From Octopus sinensis (taxonomy: Eukaryota), in the NCBI RefSeq assembly GCF_006345805.1, contig NW_021835482.1:5057-69056 (forward strand): DNA of 64,000 bases, given 5' to 3'. The translations under genes were made by a program, and so were the position numbers. The notes below the pieces were generated by a model. It saw only the letters and a program-made list of their open reading frames with translations. It searched no databases and was not told the origin of the DNA. Positions within the stretch are counted from its first letter, which is position 1. Each line of letters begins with the position of its first letter. Of the stretch, positions 14,300 through 27,279 are shown piece by piece.

Positions 14300-15306
14300 T
14301 CCTCACACCTGTCGATTTATAGTCTCAGAATTAACAATCATTGTTGCTTAACTGTGAGTCGCCATCTTCTTAACGAAAATTCCATCAAATTCGATATGAG
14401 ACGAACTGTGTAACGCATTGATTAATATAGTTCGTCTATCGATTATCACCCGCTTTATGTCGTCTATACAAACCGTATACATGCTTGGTGGTAGCTAACC
14501 GCCTGTACAAAGATCCTTTCTGATATATCTCGGAAGGTGCTAAAATTTTGATATAAGTACGCTGAATTAGCAGATAATGATATAAAAATCATAAAATTAT
14601 ATATAATTTCAATAAACTTAAATGCAACTGCAACAAACCACCCTTATTTAGGTGCTTCCAGTTGGCGTTCTACGACTCTAACCGTCTTCTGTTTCCATGA
14701 ACTCGGTACCAAAAGTGCTTCTGATATTTTATTAGGAATCCCTGATGAATGGGGTCGGAAGGAAGAGGAAAAGTTTCGCCTCCTCCATCGGATTTTTGTA
14801 TATCATTTTCTTCCTTACATTTTGTGAACTTATATACATTGTGGTTTTTACCAGCAACATATCTTTCGCCTGGTTCTTATAACTGAATCCCTTGTCTCAA
14901 AACTTTGCGTGGTTTTCCCATATATATCCCTGCCAGTCATCTACCGAGAACACGAAATCATAGTTTTTACTCCCAGTCGTGCCTTCGATTTGTCTTTTGG
15001 TTGGAGGTTGGACGGGTTTATCTTTTTTGCATTTCTCTCTACTCAGAAATTTCTTATTCCTGGACACTGTTTGTTTCCACATAATCGTCGCAGGATGAAG
15101 AAGTTGTAATTATTGTCGTGGCCATGTAAGGTGATCCTTAACCGTCGAGTTCTTGTCCTGGAAGAGAGACTAAGATTTTCTACTCTCCTTGGAAATAATA
15201 GCGTTGAGGCTCCGGGACCATTGTTTTTCTACTTGTTCTATTTCTCACTCTATCTATCTCTCGTTCTCCAGATCTCTATATATATATATATCCCCCGCTC
15301 TCTATG

Positions 15307-15353
<47 letters not shown>

Positions 15354-15900
15354 TACTCCTCTTGTTTTGTTCTTCTGAGTATAAGGATCTTGTGTGACCT
15401 TTGAAACCACACGTGTAGCAGATAGGTCTTCTGTCTTTTCGTAGCCTTTCCGATATAATTCTGTGATCTTAGAAAATCATTAGGATTCGTGTTTCTACCT
15501 TGACTCTACCAGACCACATTTCATTTCTGGCCTCTTCCGCCCTCACAAATTGCCCGTATTATTCCCAAAACGTGATAACTTGCCAAGAGTTAATGCTGTT
15601 GCTTATACCGTTGGCTATGACCCTCATATTTCACCCATCGAAGTGCTGCAACACCAGTACGAGAACCGCTGTGTGGCGCACCAGCTCGGTTTTTAACCTT
15701 CGTTTCGCCTTCAGTTTTAAAATTCAGATGCAGGAACGTACATCTGAATTTCTATGTTGAATAGGAGACGAGGTATTGGGAACGTTACGGGGGAAGATGT
15801 CAACATATATGGGAAAATCTTCCTCATCTTTGACGGTCTAAAAATAGATGACTTTGAGTTGCTATTTTTCTTGAATAAAAGTACTTAGACAAGCAGAAAG
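14300..15900 (-). mobile_element. Degenerate L1/Tx1-like LINE 5' region: gag-like ORF1 with zinc knuckle, possibly followed by the start of the ORF2 endonuclease
   Basis: Minus frame with stops: MRVIANGIS..WE*YGQFVRAEE..WSGRVKV..KDRRPICYTCGFKGHTRSLY (CX2CX4HX4[C>Y], 15379-15420); the endonuclease assignment for 14300-14640 is weak. Confidence 0.55.
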
Positions 15901-16294
15901 TCTTTTCATATTAAATATTTAATTATAGCCAGGGCAAACCAGAAAATATTCTGCTTTGCTCTTAAATTAGTAAAGATTGCGTCTGTATGAAATTATTGTT
16001 GTTGTTGTTGCTGTTGCTGTTGATGCTTTTGTTTGCATTGCCAAGGTGAATATTCACAATAATATTTTCATTTTCTGTCAAAAAATCCTGATGTTTGCTC
16101 CTCATGAAATATTTATGTTTCACTGACACTAAATTACTTTTTCTTCCGTCTGCTTTCTATTCTCTTTTATTCCATTGAATTTCTCGAGGCAGACTTTGTT
16201 TCTTTGCTTAGCCGTAGCCATGTTAGACTGAATATAAACACCGCATATTTATATTTAAAATATTTCAAAATGGCCGACTTTGTTTTTATTGCAG

Positions 16295-16358
16295 TTTATG
16301 ACAAATATCAAGAGATGTTGAAGCCGGTTTCCCTGGAGGAAATGATTTTTAAAAAAAG
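16295..16358 (+). CDS. Candidate internal exon of an unidentified host gene (phase 1 to 2): xYDKYQEMLKPVSLEEMIFKK
   Basis: Acceptor ctttgtttttattgcAG, donor aaaG|GTAAGG, only one open frame, non-repetitive context. Confidence 0.5.
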
Positions 16359-16589
16359 GTAAGGATTTATTCTTAAGTTCAACGATTAAGAAAAATCTAT
16401 GGCATAATAATTCAGATGTTTTTCAATGCCTGGAAAAGGACAGTCTCCGTTGTCAGTCTTCTAATTCCTGTCTACAATGCATCCCACAAGACACGAGCAA
16501 ACAGCTAAAGTTGCCTCACTGGGAAGTTAATGGATCGATTTTTATAGCAAACACATATCACCTTAGTTATAGACTCTAGTTTCACTGAA

Positions 16590-16880
16590 GACTCGTGGCT
16601 TAGTGGTTAGGGTATTTCACTCACCATCGTAAAGTTGTGAGTTCGATACCTGATGGTATTTTGTGTCCTTGACAGCGACACTTTATTTCACGTTGCTTCA
16701 CTTCATTCATTTTCGAAAATGAGCTGTACCTGTACCTTGAAGGGCCGACTTTGTCAAACTTTGTGTTACACTGAATCACCCCGAGAACCACGTTAAGGGT
16801 ACACGTGTCTGTGGAGTGCTCGGTCACTTGCACGTTAATTTCACGGGCAGGCTGCTGAGGTGTTCAGATCAACTGGAAAT
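16590..16880 (+). mobile_element. SINE family C
   Basis: tRNA-like gtggcttagtggttaggg...gagttcgatacc, CORE-like gtgtccttgacagcgacactttatttcacgttgct, tail cacgttaagggtacacgtgtctgtggagtgctc. Confidence 0.8.
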
Positions 16881-17031
16881 GGCTGAGAGCCAGACTATGG
16901 CTTTGATAGGGAGAATTCCAAGTTCAGCGAATTAAAGACATTGGGAACATCAACAACACAACTCCCGATATTCCGTGTTGAGAGTTTATGACTGAAAACG
17001 GAGAGAATGAACCGAGGAAAAGGCGGATAAT

Positions 17032-17088
<57 letters not shown>

Positions 17089-17334
17089 TATGTGTGTATG
17101 TGTGTATATATGTGTGTGTGTGTGTATGTGTGTGTATGTGTGTATGTGTGTGTGTGTGTGTGTGTGTATGTGTGTATGTGTGTGTGTGTGTGTATGTGCG
17201 TGTGTGAAGAAAAGTAGATAAAATAGAGATTAATCAATTACGTTGAAAAAAAGGTTGAATAGATGAGAAAATAATAGAAGATGGCAAAAGAAAGAAGACC
17301 GACGGAGAAAGTATCAGACTTTTAAAGATAAGCA

Positions 17335-17900
17335 CTAGCAACGATTCAAGGCGGTGCCCCAGCATGGCCGCAGTCCTAAACATGAAACAAATTACCGATA
17401 AAAGAGAAATAAAAGGCGCAGACGTGGCTGTGTGGTAAGAAGCTTGCTTCCCAACCACGTAGTTCCGGGTTCAGTCCCTCTACGTGACCATATGGCCAAG
17501 TGTCTTCTACTATAGCCTCGAGCCGATCAAAGCCCTGTGAGCGGATTTGGTAGACGGAAACTAAATAAAGCCTGTCGTATATGTATGGGCACTGCAATGC
17601 CAACGGTTATATGCTAGAAGTAAATGTCAAATGTGTAGAAACCACTCTAAATTTCTTCTCTATTTTATTAATAATACAAGGCCTCTATTAATAAATATCT
17701 GTGTGTGTATCTATCTATTTATATGTGTGTGTATTTGTGTCTACGTTTGTCTCCCCAACCATCGGTTCGGCAAAAGATAGCGATGAAATAAACAAAAGAC
17801 CTTGCAAATAATAAGTCCTGTGATAGATTTCTTCAGTTAAAACCCTTTAAGGCGGTGCTGTAGCATGATCGCACTCAAATGCCAGGAAGAAATAAAAGAA
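17335..17900 (+). mobile_element. SINE family A pieces: orphan tail 17335-17400, head 17415-17590, 3' part 17700-17900
   Basis: ggcggtgccccagcatggccgcag tail; gtggctgtgtggtaagaagcttgcttcccaaccac head. Confidence 0.8.
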
Positions 17901-17909
17901 TCAAGAATA

Positions 17910-18480
17910 AAGGAAAAGAATTATGAAGCGTCAACATTTCCAAGGTCGATATCTTGCAAGAATGGTGAGGGATGAATAGATTGTGGCTTTAATAATGACT
18001 CAAATTGTTCAAAGTCTTTGAACTAGAAATCGAAATTGGATGTTTTGATTTTAAATCCATATCGTCAATGAGTAGGCAGAGAAAATGTCAAAATGAAATA
18101 ATAAAACATGGCACATAAAGAAACAATTGTTCTCTTTATCTGTCGCCGTCCAGTGATTGCAAAGAGACAATATGGACACATTGATAGCCATAGCCATTTG
18201 GAAATATACGGGTACTTCCTCGTGGTATTGCAATGGGATAATCAAGCACTAAATCCGATATGTGACAATGATATGGCTACAAAAAAGATGAAAGAAAATT
18301 GACCAGATATTGTAACCAAACCACAGAGAAAAAATAATCTACTGCACTCGACAACATCTCGGTCACTTCCGGGAAGGAAATCGAAAAATCTATAAGAATT
18401 CAGGGAACTCAAAAGGATAAAGATTCTTATGAGGTGAATTAGAGCAAGTTGGAGTCCCATCACGATTGGTCAATGTGAAG
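17910..18480 (+). mobile_element. Heavily decayed R4/Dong-like LINE 3' region
   Basis: Relics in the expected order: IVQSL*TRN (AQDQSLxTRNY-like), ETIV..CRRPVIAKRQY (ETIxHIxSGCPxLAxxEY-like), KEN*PDIV (NRPDIV-like), PITIG (PIVIG-like). Confidence 0.55.
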
Positions 18481-18682
18481 CAACAAAGAAACAAAGTAGA
18501 ACAAAGAGATAAATACAATGTACCGACTTTAAAAATAATAAATGTATTAATAATTAGTGTGTATAAATATATATATATATATATAGACTTAGATAAACTT
18601 AGATATGTTTCGACCAAAGATTGGTCCAGGCCATGTCTAACTTAATAGCACCACCTGATAAATATATATTTATATATATATA

Positions 18683-18822
18683 CAGTAATGCCTCGAAATA
18701 CGAGTTAATTCGTTCCTAGAGAACGCTCGTAAAGCAAAACTCGTAAATAGAAAATAAACTTGTAAAAGCTTGTAAAGCCGGGGGCCTCGTATAGCGAATC
18801 CTCGTAAAGTGAGGTTTTACTG
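18683..18822. mobile_element. pogo/Tigger-type MITE, 140 bp, TA target-site duplication
   Basis: TA|CAGTAATGCCTCG ... GTGAGGTTTTACTG|TA imperfect TIRs; internal ctcgtaa repeats. Confidence 0.75.
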
Positions 18823-18823
18823 T

Positions 18824-18857
<34 letters not shown>

Positions 18858-18979
18858 GTATACATACATATATGCATATATATATATACATGCATACTTA
18901 TACATATATATATGTGTGTGTGTGTTTATAGATATATATATATATATATATACATATATATACACATATATATATGTAT

Positions 18980-19022
<43 letters not shown>

Positions 19023-19177
19023 CACATCTATCGTTAATATTTGGTAAGTGCTAACGCACTAATCTAAACTCTCGACTTTTGAGTGTCTCTCTTCTACCTG
19101 ATAATTTTAATTCAATAATACTACCGATGCCGTTCATAAAGTCATTTCTGAATCTGATAACACACAACTTGCGCACG

Positions 19178-19276
<99 letters not shown>

Positions 19277-19449
19277 ATGTCCCATATTCTACAAATTTGC
19301 ACTCCACTACGAAAAACACAACCCAGATACCACATGTTCCCTACAAATGGTGCTCAACCGGATTCCATCTGCTCCTTCTGAGTCCACAAAAGTGTTTAGG
19401 AACATGTTTAGGAACAAGAAATTGGTTTTATTTCTACGAAACACAAATT

Positions 19450-19720
19450 ATTTGAAGATCGTTTTTTTATATACGGAGGAGAGAAGACTCAATAAATCCC
19501 GCGGCCTGACCGGCTGCTATCAATTTGTGTCGGTCGCCGTCGAGACGTCACGTGTTCTAGGAACCCCGCGCTACCGATTTCCTCCGAAAAATAGGGATAA
19601 TGGCGGCTCGTCTGAGAAATGAGCTTCACTAGGTGGAGCGTCTGCTGCAGCAAGTGATGCTGGCCCTCTACGCGGCAACACCATGCGGGACACATTATTT
19701 TTTTCTGACCTGTGTGTCCC
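19450..19720 (+). mobile_element. CRE-like RLE-type non-LTR retrotransposon C-terminal fragment
   Basis: TEERRLNKSRGLTGCYQFVSVAVETSRVLG / PRATDFLRKIGIMAARLRNELH*VERLLQQVMLA resembles the AExxKxxKY..YxFxPxAxETxGxxG..FLxxLG..LxQRxSxA end of CRE-type elements. Confidence 0.65.
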
Positions 19721-21314
19721 ATCACCCCTTCCCATTCCATCGTCTACTGCTTCCCCAATTTTCCTTTTCTTTTCTTTATTTTCATTTCTTATCTCCTTTT
19801 TTCCTCTTTCTTTGTATTCTTGCCAAAAAGAAATGAATAACAATTACCATTTCGCTTTTCAAAAGAGAATTCCTAATAAGATTTAATTTCCAAAATATAA
19901 AACTATTTTTTTAAGCATTGGAGAGCTATGAGGGTCTAATAGAGAGGAATAAGAATAAAACGGGTCGATAGGTATAAAATGGTTGAGGACCAAAACCCTA
20001 AACCATCATCAACCTTCGAGACCAGAACCCTATTTGATGTTAGAGAGCCTAAGACATCTGCATGCTTCTACGACTCAAACTTCCTAATTAAAAAGTCAAA
20101 ATCAAAACCTATCATCAAAATTTCATTTGAATATGTTAATTAATTTTCTTAAGCAACGCTAATTAATATATGTTAATATATGTTCCAGGGACCAGTTAAT
20201 AATGACCAAGTTATTTTATTACCTTCTTCATTATATGCGAACTTAATTAAAACAAAGGGAGGCACTGGAAATATGGTAACAAAACAGTTGAAGCCTTTTA
20301 ATCCGAATCCACTTGAGACGTCTCTTGATTCTATGATAGGAATCTCCGTTTTAAAGCGATCCAAATCGAAATATAACATTAAAATTTCACGTTAATTTCT
20401 GTTCCAACGACCAGGTTAATGACGACAAACTCACATCACTGAGTTTGTCTTTTACAAAATTAATTGAAATAAAAGGGGGGGGGGTTCAACAAGAAAAAGA
20501 AAGATGAGAAAAAGTTAGAAGTGGAACGAAACTGGAACCGGACACAGCATGGATACACCTTCCATAAAACAGTGCTGCACACGGTCGCACACACACAGGA
20601 ACACACACACACAAACACACACACACAAACACACACAAATACAAACACACCCACACAAACACACAAACACACACAGAAACACAAACACACAAACACACAC
20701 AAAAACACAAACACACAAACATACATACACACAAACACACACAAACACAAATACACAATAAAAAAACACACACACAAACACACACACGAATATACAAAGA
20801 ATCACACACGCACAAACCCCCACACAAAGACACATACACATATACATACATAAACACGGAAGGGCTAACACACACACACACACACACACACACACCACAC
20901 ACACATACAGACGCACACACACACACACACATGCCAGCCATGTTGAGACGCTGCTGCACCTGGCGTTGCAGTGGAAGCATTAAACACACGCAACGCTTTT
21001 GCACCTGTCCCATTTTTAATTTCATTAAAAAAACATTTTTTTGCAACGATGATAATGAGACATTTGTTGATGTCGTTGCTGTTGCTGCTGCAGTTGTGAT
21101 ACTTGTTGTTGCTCTGGTTGTTGTTGTTGTTTATGTCTCGCCATGTTTCCCCCCCCCATCACTATGCCGTCACGCCCACTTAATTAACACTGAAATCATA
21201 AACAACTATCGTTATCACCATCATTTGTGTTGTTGTCGTCGTCGTCGTTGGTTTCGTTGTAATTGTTGTTGTTGGTTTTTTACATCATTATCATTATTGT
21301 CATTATTATCATTG

Positions 21315-21353
<39 letters not shown>

Positions 21354-21534
21354 TATTATTATTATTATTATTATTGTATTATTATTATTATTATTATTAG
21401 TTATTAGTATTATTAGTATTATTATTATTAGTAGTAGTAGTAGTAGTAGTAGTATAGTAGTAGTCGTAGTAGTAGTAAGTAGTACAGTAGTAGTAGTAGT
21501 AGTAGTATAGTAGCAGCAGCATTATTATTATTAT

Positions 21535-22078
21535 TGAGTGAGAGAGCAGTGCATGCCATCAAAGTGACAAAGGGGTAAAATATATGAAGCCCAATATACC
21601 CATCATGACTACCCGTCTGATACGGGTACACCAGGTATATGCATCATAACCATATGTGCACGACATGGTGATCTAATATCAAGATACACAGCACATGACC
21701 TTGCAGGTGGGTTCCAGTTAGAATTTTCTTCTGGTCGAGTAGCCCATCCCGCTCAAAAGGATTGTTTAAGGATGTTGAACGGAACACCCATCTTTCCAGA
21801 AGTGAATTATTCAAACCCCAAATATTTCCTCTCAGCACATGGCTATGATGCTCACCCACTGCTTCTGCTCATAATCATAGATGCACATATTGTCAGCCAC
21901 CAAGGGACATGATCAACTGGCTAAGGTCAAACAACTGACAAGCAAATCTGTGGTATTGAGCAGAATATTTGTTGTAGCTCATCTTTTAAACCAAGACATA
22001 ACAGTGTACATGATAACACTTCCAATCAGTTAAGATCAGAAGTCATGAGAGCCACTGCCTGGTATTGTATCAGGGCAT
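21535..22078 (-). mobile_element. Unclassified ~540-bp interspersed repeat between (AAT)n runs, copy 1
   Basis: Colinear and highly similar to 39797-40335; no ORF and no tRNA head seen; strand assigned only by inference. Confidence 0.8.
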
Positions 22079-22996
22079 TATGATTATTATTATTATTATT
22101 GCTGTTGTTGTTGTTGTTGTTACTAAGGCGGGGAGCTGGCCGAATTGTTAGGCCGCCGGGCGAAATGCCTTGTGGTATTGCGTCTGTATTTACGTTCGCG
22201 AGTTTATATTCGTCGCACGTCTGCTCTCTTCCTTTGTAGCACACAATATTTACTTTTGTAGTAGTTCAATGACCAGAGCAGGACCGAGGAGCTCAGCGGA
22301 AATTTTGAAAGACCGAGATAGGAAATTTCTTTCGTCGCACTTCTGCGTCTTCCTTACTAGATCTCTTTCTTTTCAGCAAACGCTTTTGTAGCAGAATTAT
22401 ATGTCATTGACCGCAGCAAGTCGAAAAAAAAACGATAATTTTGAAACACTAAGATAAGAAAGAATGAATATTTCAGCATTTTATTAGTATTTCTGTCGAT
22501 AAAAGATTTGTTTTTCTTTTTGAGAACAACTTCATCTATTTTCTGTGTATTCAATTCCATGTATGTATTCTTCATTAGTCTTCTGACTAAGCCTTGAGTC
22601 ATTGGTTACTAATTTTATATTCCTCCAATATTTTTTTCCAACCGTGACTACTACGACACCGGATACACACAAACGTACAGACATATTTTTGTAATATGTT
22701 AACTTATAATATCTTGTTAAATTATACATGTTTTCTGGTCATGTTCAGCGCGAGTAAATCGCATGCGTTAGAAAAACACACATACTCACGCAGCCACCCA
22801 CAAGCAGATGCATAATTTTCCATTTATTCAAAAGACAAATCTGTGTGCGTCTGTGTGTGTGAGAGAGAGAGAGAGCGTATATGTCTGTGTATTTATACAG
22901 AGATGTATGTATGTGTGCGTATATTTATATATACATAATATATAATATATATACATGTATATGTATATATATATGTATAAATATATAATATATAAA

Positions 22997-23044
<48 letters not shown>

Positions 23045-24180
23045 ATATGTATATATGTATGTATGTATGTATGTCTTTATATGCTATGAGTGGATAGCCA
23101 TGTGTCATATGGAGAGGACCGGTTGTGGTTAGGAAATTTAAATATGTTTTTATTCTACTTAAGAAATATCGGAAATTGCTCAAATGCATGTTAATTATGT
23201 TTAAGAATCTCTTTGATAAAATCTCTGAGTCTTTGATCTTTGAGAGAGAGAGAGACTCATAGCACCTGGTTAGCATGGAAATGTTCTGACATTGTGTTTC
23301 TTAAATATCACATTATCAGACATACATACATACATACATACATACATACATGCATATATACATATATATATACACACACACCATACATACATACATACAT
23401 ACTACATACATACATACATACATATATTCCTACATACACACACACATACATACATATATACATACATACATACACATATACATGCATATATACGTACATA
23501 TATACTTACATACATTCATACATACCTACATACATACATTCATAAATATATGCATTCATACATACATACATACATGTATACATACACACACTAACACATA
23601 CATACAAACAAACATTTATGCAAACACATATATACATTAATACATGCATATATTCATTCTTACATACATAAATATATACACCCATTTACGCTTACGTATG
23701 TGAGTGTTCTCTGTAACGAACGGGAAAATTACTCAATAAATAATGTAGCGTTGTGTGTGAGCGTGTGTGAATGTGTGTGTGGGCGTGTGTGTTTTTGTTT
23801 GTTATAATTCTGAATCTCATATTAAGAAGTACTCAATGCGTTATAAATGTAGAGTCACATTCAATACACTGGTATATCTCTTTGAAGACATTATTCAGAA
23901 TCCTGTCTTTGAATTGATTCATGAATGTATCAAAACCAGTCTGTTATGAGCAGCGATCACCGAACTCACGCAAGGTATATGCGCGCGTGCGTGTGTCCGT
24001 GTTATCCTACGTCTGTGTGACTACCAAATATGGTGAGGTAAGCTCATCTTAAATCAACAAATAATGAAACATGATGCCACCCAAAGTTTTTATTTTTCTT
24101 TACTCATTTACAAACTGAGCAATTCAGGCATTTATAAATATGGCGACTACTTCGCAGCCTTTACAATGCTCTCTTTTGCT

Positions 24181-24570
24181 CTCTTTTCCTTGTTTCAGTC
24201 ATTTGACTGCGGCCATGCTGGAGCACCGCCTTCTGTCGAGCAAATCAACCCCAGTACTTATTCTTTGTAAGCCTAGTACTTATTCTATTGGTCTGTTTTG
24301 CCGAACCGCTAAATTACGGGAGACGTAAACACACCAGCATCGGTTGTCAAGCGATGTTGGGGAGACAAATACAGACACAAACACATACACATATATACAT
24401 ACACACATATACGACGGGCTTCTTTCAGTTTCCGTCTACCAAATCCACTCACAAGGCTTTGGTCGGTCCGACGCTATAGTAGAAGACAATTGCCCAAGGT
24501 GTCACGCGGTGGTACTGAACCCGGAACCATGTGGTTGGTAAGCAAGCTAATTACCGCAGAGCCACTCCTG
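24181..24570 (-). mobile_element. SINE family A, near full length
   Basis: Tail gactgcggccatgctggagcaccgcc through head ccatgtggttggtaagcaagc..ccactcc; colinear with 51081-51448. Confidence 0.9.
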
Positions 24571-25021
24571 CTAGAAATAACAACTACGTTATCTTCAGTA
24601 TTTACCCTGACATAATAATGTATTCCTAGATATACAACATCTGCGTCAACAATCTGACAGTTACGACTGGAAGTTTTTAGGTCCCACGCTGCTCTTAGAA
24701 GTGCTAGAAATAACAACTAAATAGCCTGACCATTAAATGTTATCCTGCTGTCTGAAATAAAGATGAGGTACATTATGGAAGTATTTAGATCCTACGCTAC
24801 CCTGAGGTACAATTGTTGATGTATTCTGAGATATACTATGCCACAACAAAGGGTGTTAATAATTATAACAAGAACACCATAATTCCTACGTCTATTCCAT
24901 AAAAGTTAACAAGGGGAGGGGTAACTAACAAAAAGGATATTAACAACAATCACAACAACAGCGACAAACAGCTTACCATCTTCCAGTCTTTCGATTCATG
25001 TTATTTGTTCTCCCATGTGGA

Positions 25022-25052
<31 letters not shown>

Positions 25053-25192
25053 AGAAAGAAGAAAAAAGAAAGAAAGAAAGAAAAAAAGAAAGAAAGAAAG
25101 AAGAAGGAAAGAAGAAAGAAAAGAGAAAAGAAAGAAGAAAGAAAGAAGGAAAGAAGAAAGAAAGAAGAAAGAAGAAAGAAAGAAAGAAAGAA

Positions 25193-25257
<65 letters not shown>

Positions 25258-25949
25258 GAGTGAGAGAGAAAGAGAAAGACATATTAAGACAATTTTAAAT
25301 TCTAGCCAGATGTAATCTTCAATCGTGATTTCAATTCCCACTGGAGGATTCTGTTTCAGCTCATTTAACTCAGCTTGTGAATTCTCTTGGAGAGACAGGA
25401 ATATCACCATTTCCATTGCCACCTCCTACCATTCCAGATCTCTCATAAAATGTAAAATTATTCCTGCCTACTGAAGGGAGAACCATCATATTTCTCTTGG
25501 ATATCAATGACGGAATATCATCTGTTTCTCTTTTAATTAAAGATGCACCTTTTACATTTCAAGCAATTTTTCTTTCTCTTCCTCTTTCACAGAATCTCTC
25601 TCTTTAGGATATTTTAAATATGTTTTTTGATGCTGTTTGATATTCTAGATTCTTAAAACTGAGATGATATTTAGTAATCAACCGATACAAAAGTCAAGAA
25701 TCGCATCGTAAACGAAACTAAAAAAAAAAAAAATTAAGTGAAATCAAAGACTAAGAAACATACGAGGAAATCAATATGGCCGCTTTCCCGGGTATAAAAC
25801 CGCGTTGTTAGTGTTTTGTTGTTGTTGTTGTTGCTTTTGCTACTGCTGTTGTTTTTGTTGTTCAACCCTAGGTAAATCCCCAATTGAGTAGAGCTATCGT
25901 CAGTGGTAGTTCATTCGTGACCATCCATTCTAATTTCAATTTTTCTATG

Positions 25950-26237
25950 TTGTTGTTGTTGTTTGTTCCTTCTTGAGCCATGCCTGGCTCATAAGGGCCG
26001 GTTTCCCGGTTTCCTTGGCGTATAGGTTCCCCACCTGGACGGGACGCCGGTCCGTCGCAGGTGAGCTGCAAGATGCAGGAAGAAAGAGTGAGAGAAAGTT
26101 GTGGCGAAAGAGTCAACAGAAGTTCGCCATTACCTTCTGCCGGAGCCGCGTGGATCTTAGGTGCTTCGCTCATAAACACACACATCGCCCGGTCTGAGAT
26201 TCGAACCCGCGAGTCCGCTGCTCTAACCACTAGGCCA
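25950..26237 (-). mobile_element. SINE family D (tRNA-like head, V-domain-like core, (CAA)n tail)
   Basis: Minus strand tggcctagtggttagagcagcggac..gggttcgaatctcag..cctgcgacggaccggcgtcccgtccagg..(aac)n; second copy at 59790-60088. Confidence 0.88.
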
Positions 26238-26769
26238 TTTTTCTATGGGCGGTAGAGGGGCGAAAGATGTTCGATCCCGGATTGAATATGCCTACGTATT
26301 TAGTTACGTCCATTTACGTTCCTATTTGGTATTCCAAAAATCGAAGATGCAGTATTCTTACACAATATGTTCCTCTATCGGCTGCGCTTCTAATTTGTAG
26401 CCTTGAATGAGAATATAAACTAATATCAAATATTTTTCCTCTTCGTGTTCCACCAATCTCGAAGATAGATTCTTATAAGAAGAAATTTGAATGATTTGAA
26501 TCGGATTTTCTGGCAATAGAACTGTTTTCATGCCGAAAGTCTGCTCACCAGAATATTCTTATGTCTCAGACAATCTCAATAAAAAAGTCTTCTAAGTATA
26601 GAATTCTTCAGAGCCAAACTTTCAAAGTAGAATAGTTCTTTGATTGTAGCCCCTCCTAGTCTGACAACGGCGTTTCTGAAATTTCTTGCGGAGCTATCTG
26701 CGCAAATCATTTGTTTCATTTTGATCAAATATCCATGCTTTTCATTGGCTCCCCCACTCAATCAGATCG

Positions 26770-26930
26770 ATGTTCCTTGATCAGGTGCACGGCGTACCCC
26801 ATATCAAGTGTCGAAGAAACGTGAAATGAAGTGTTTTGCTCGAGAATGCAACGCACCACCCGCTACAAGAATTCAAACCACGATCTCACGATTGTCAGTT
26901 GAACTCCCTAACCACTAGGCCATTGCGCTC
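26770..26930 (-). mobile_element. SINE family C-like fragment
   Basis: aacgtgaaatgaagtgttttgctcgag...aattcaaaccacgatctcacg...ctaaccactaggcca. Confidence 0.7.
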
Positions 26931-27219
26931 TCATCGAATAGCACTGTTTTATAACCTTGATTCAATGAGGAACATAATATTGGATCAAAAACTCTGTTCT
27001 ATACTTCTCTGGCTGTTCTTCTCTCCCTCCCTCCCTCTCCCCCCTCTCTCCCCCCTCTCTCTCTCTCCCTCTGTCTATCTATCTATCTCTGTCTAGAACA
27101 ATATTCCCTCCTTATCCCTATGAGTAGAGCATTGGCTAATTCTCCCTTCCTCTGTGTAAGCAGTATTATCTCCTTAACTCACCCACTAAAACAACATTGT
27201 ATCCGACACAATCTCTCTT

Positions 27220-27279
<60 letters not shown>

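Noticed and set aside
20189-20275. Phase 0 to 0 open segment GPVNNDQ...GNM
   Set aside because: Incompatible with the phase-2 intron it lies in; no recognisable homology
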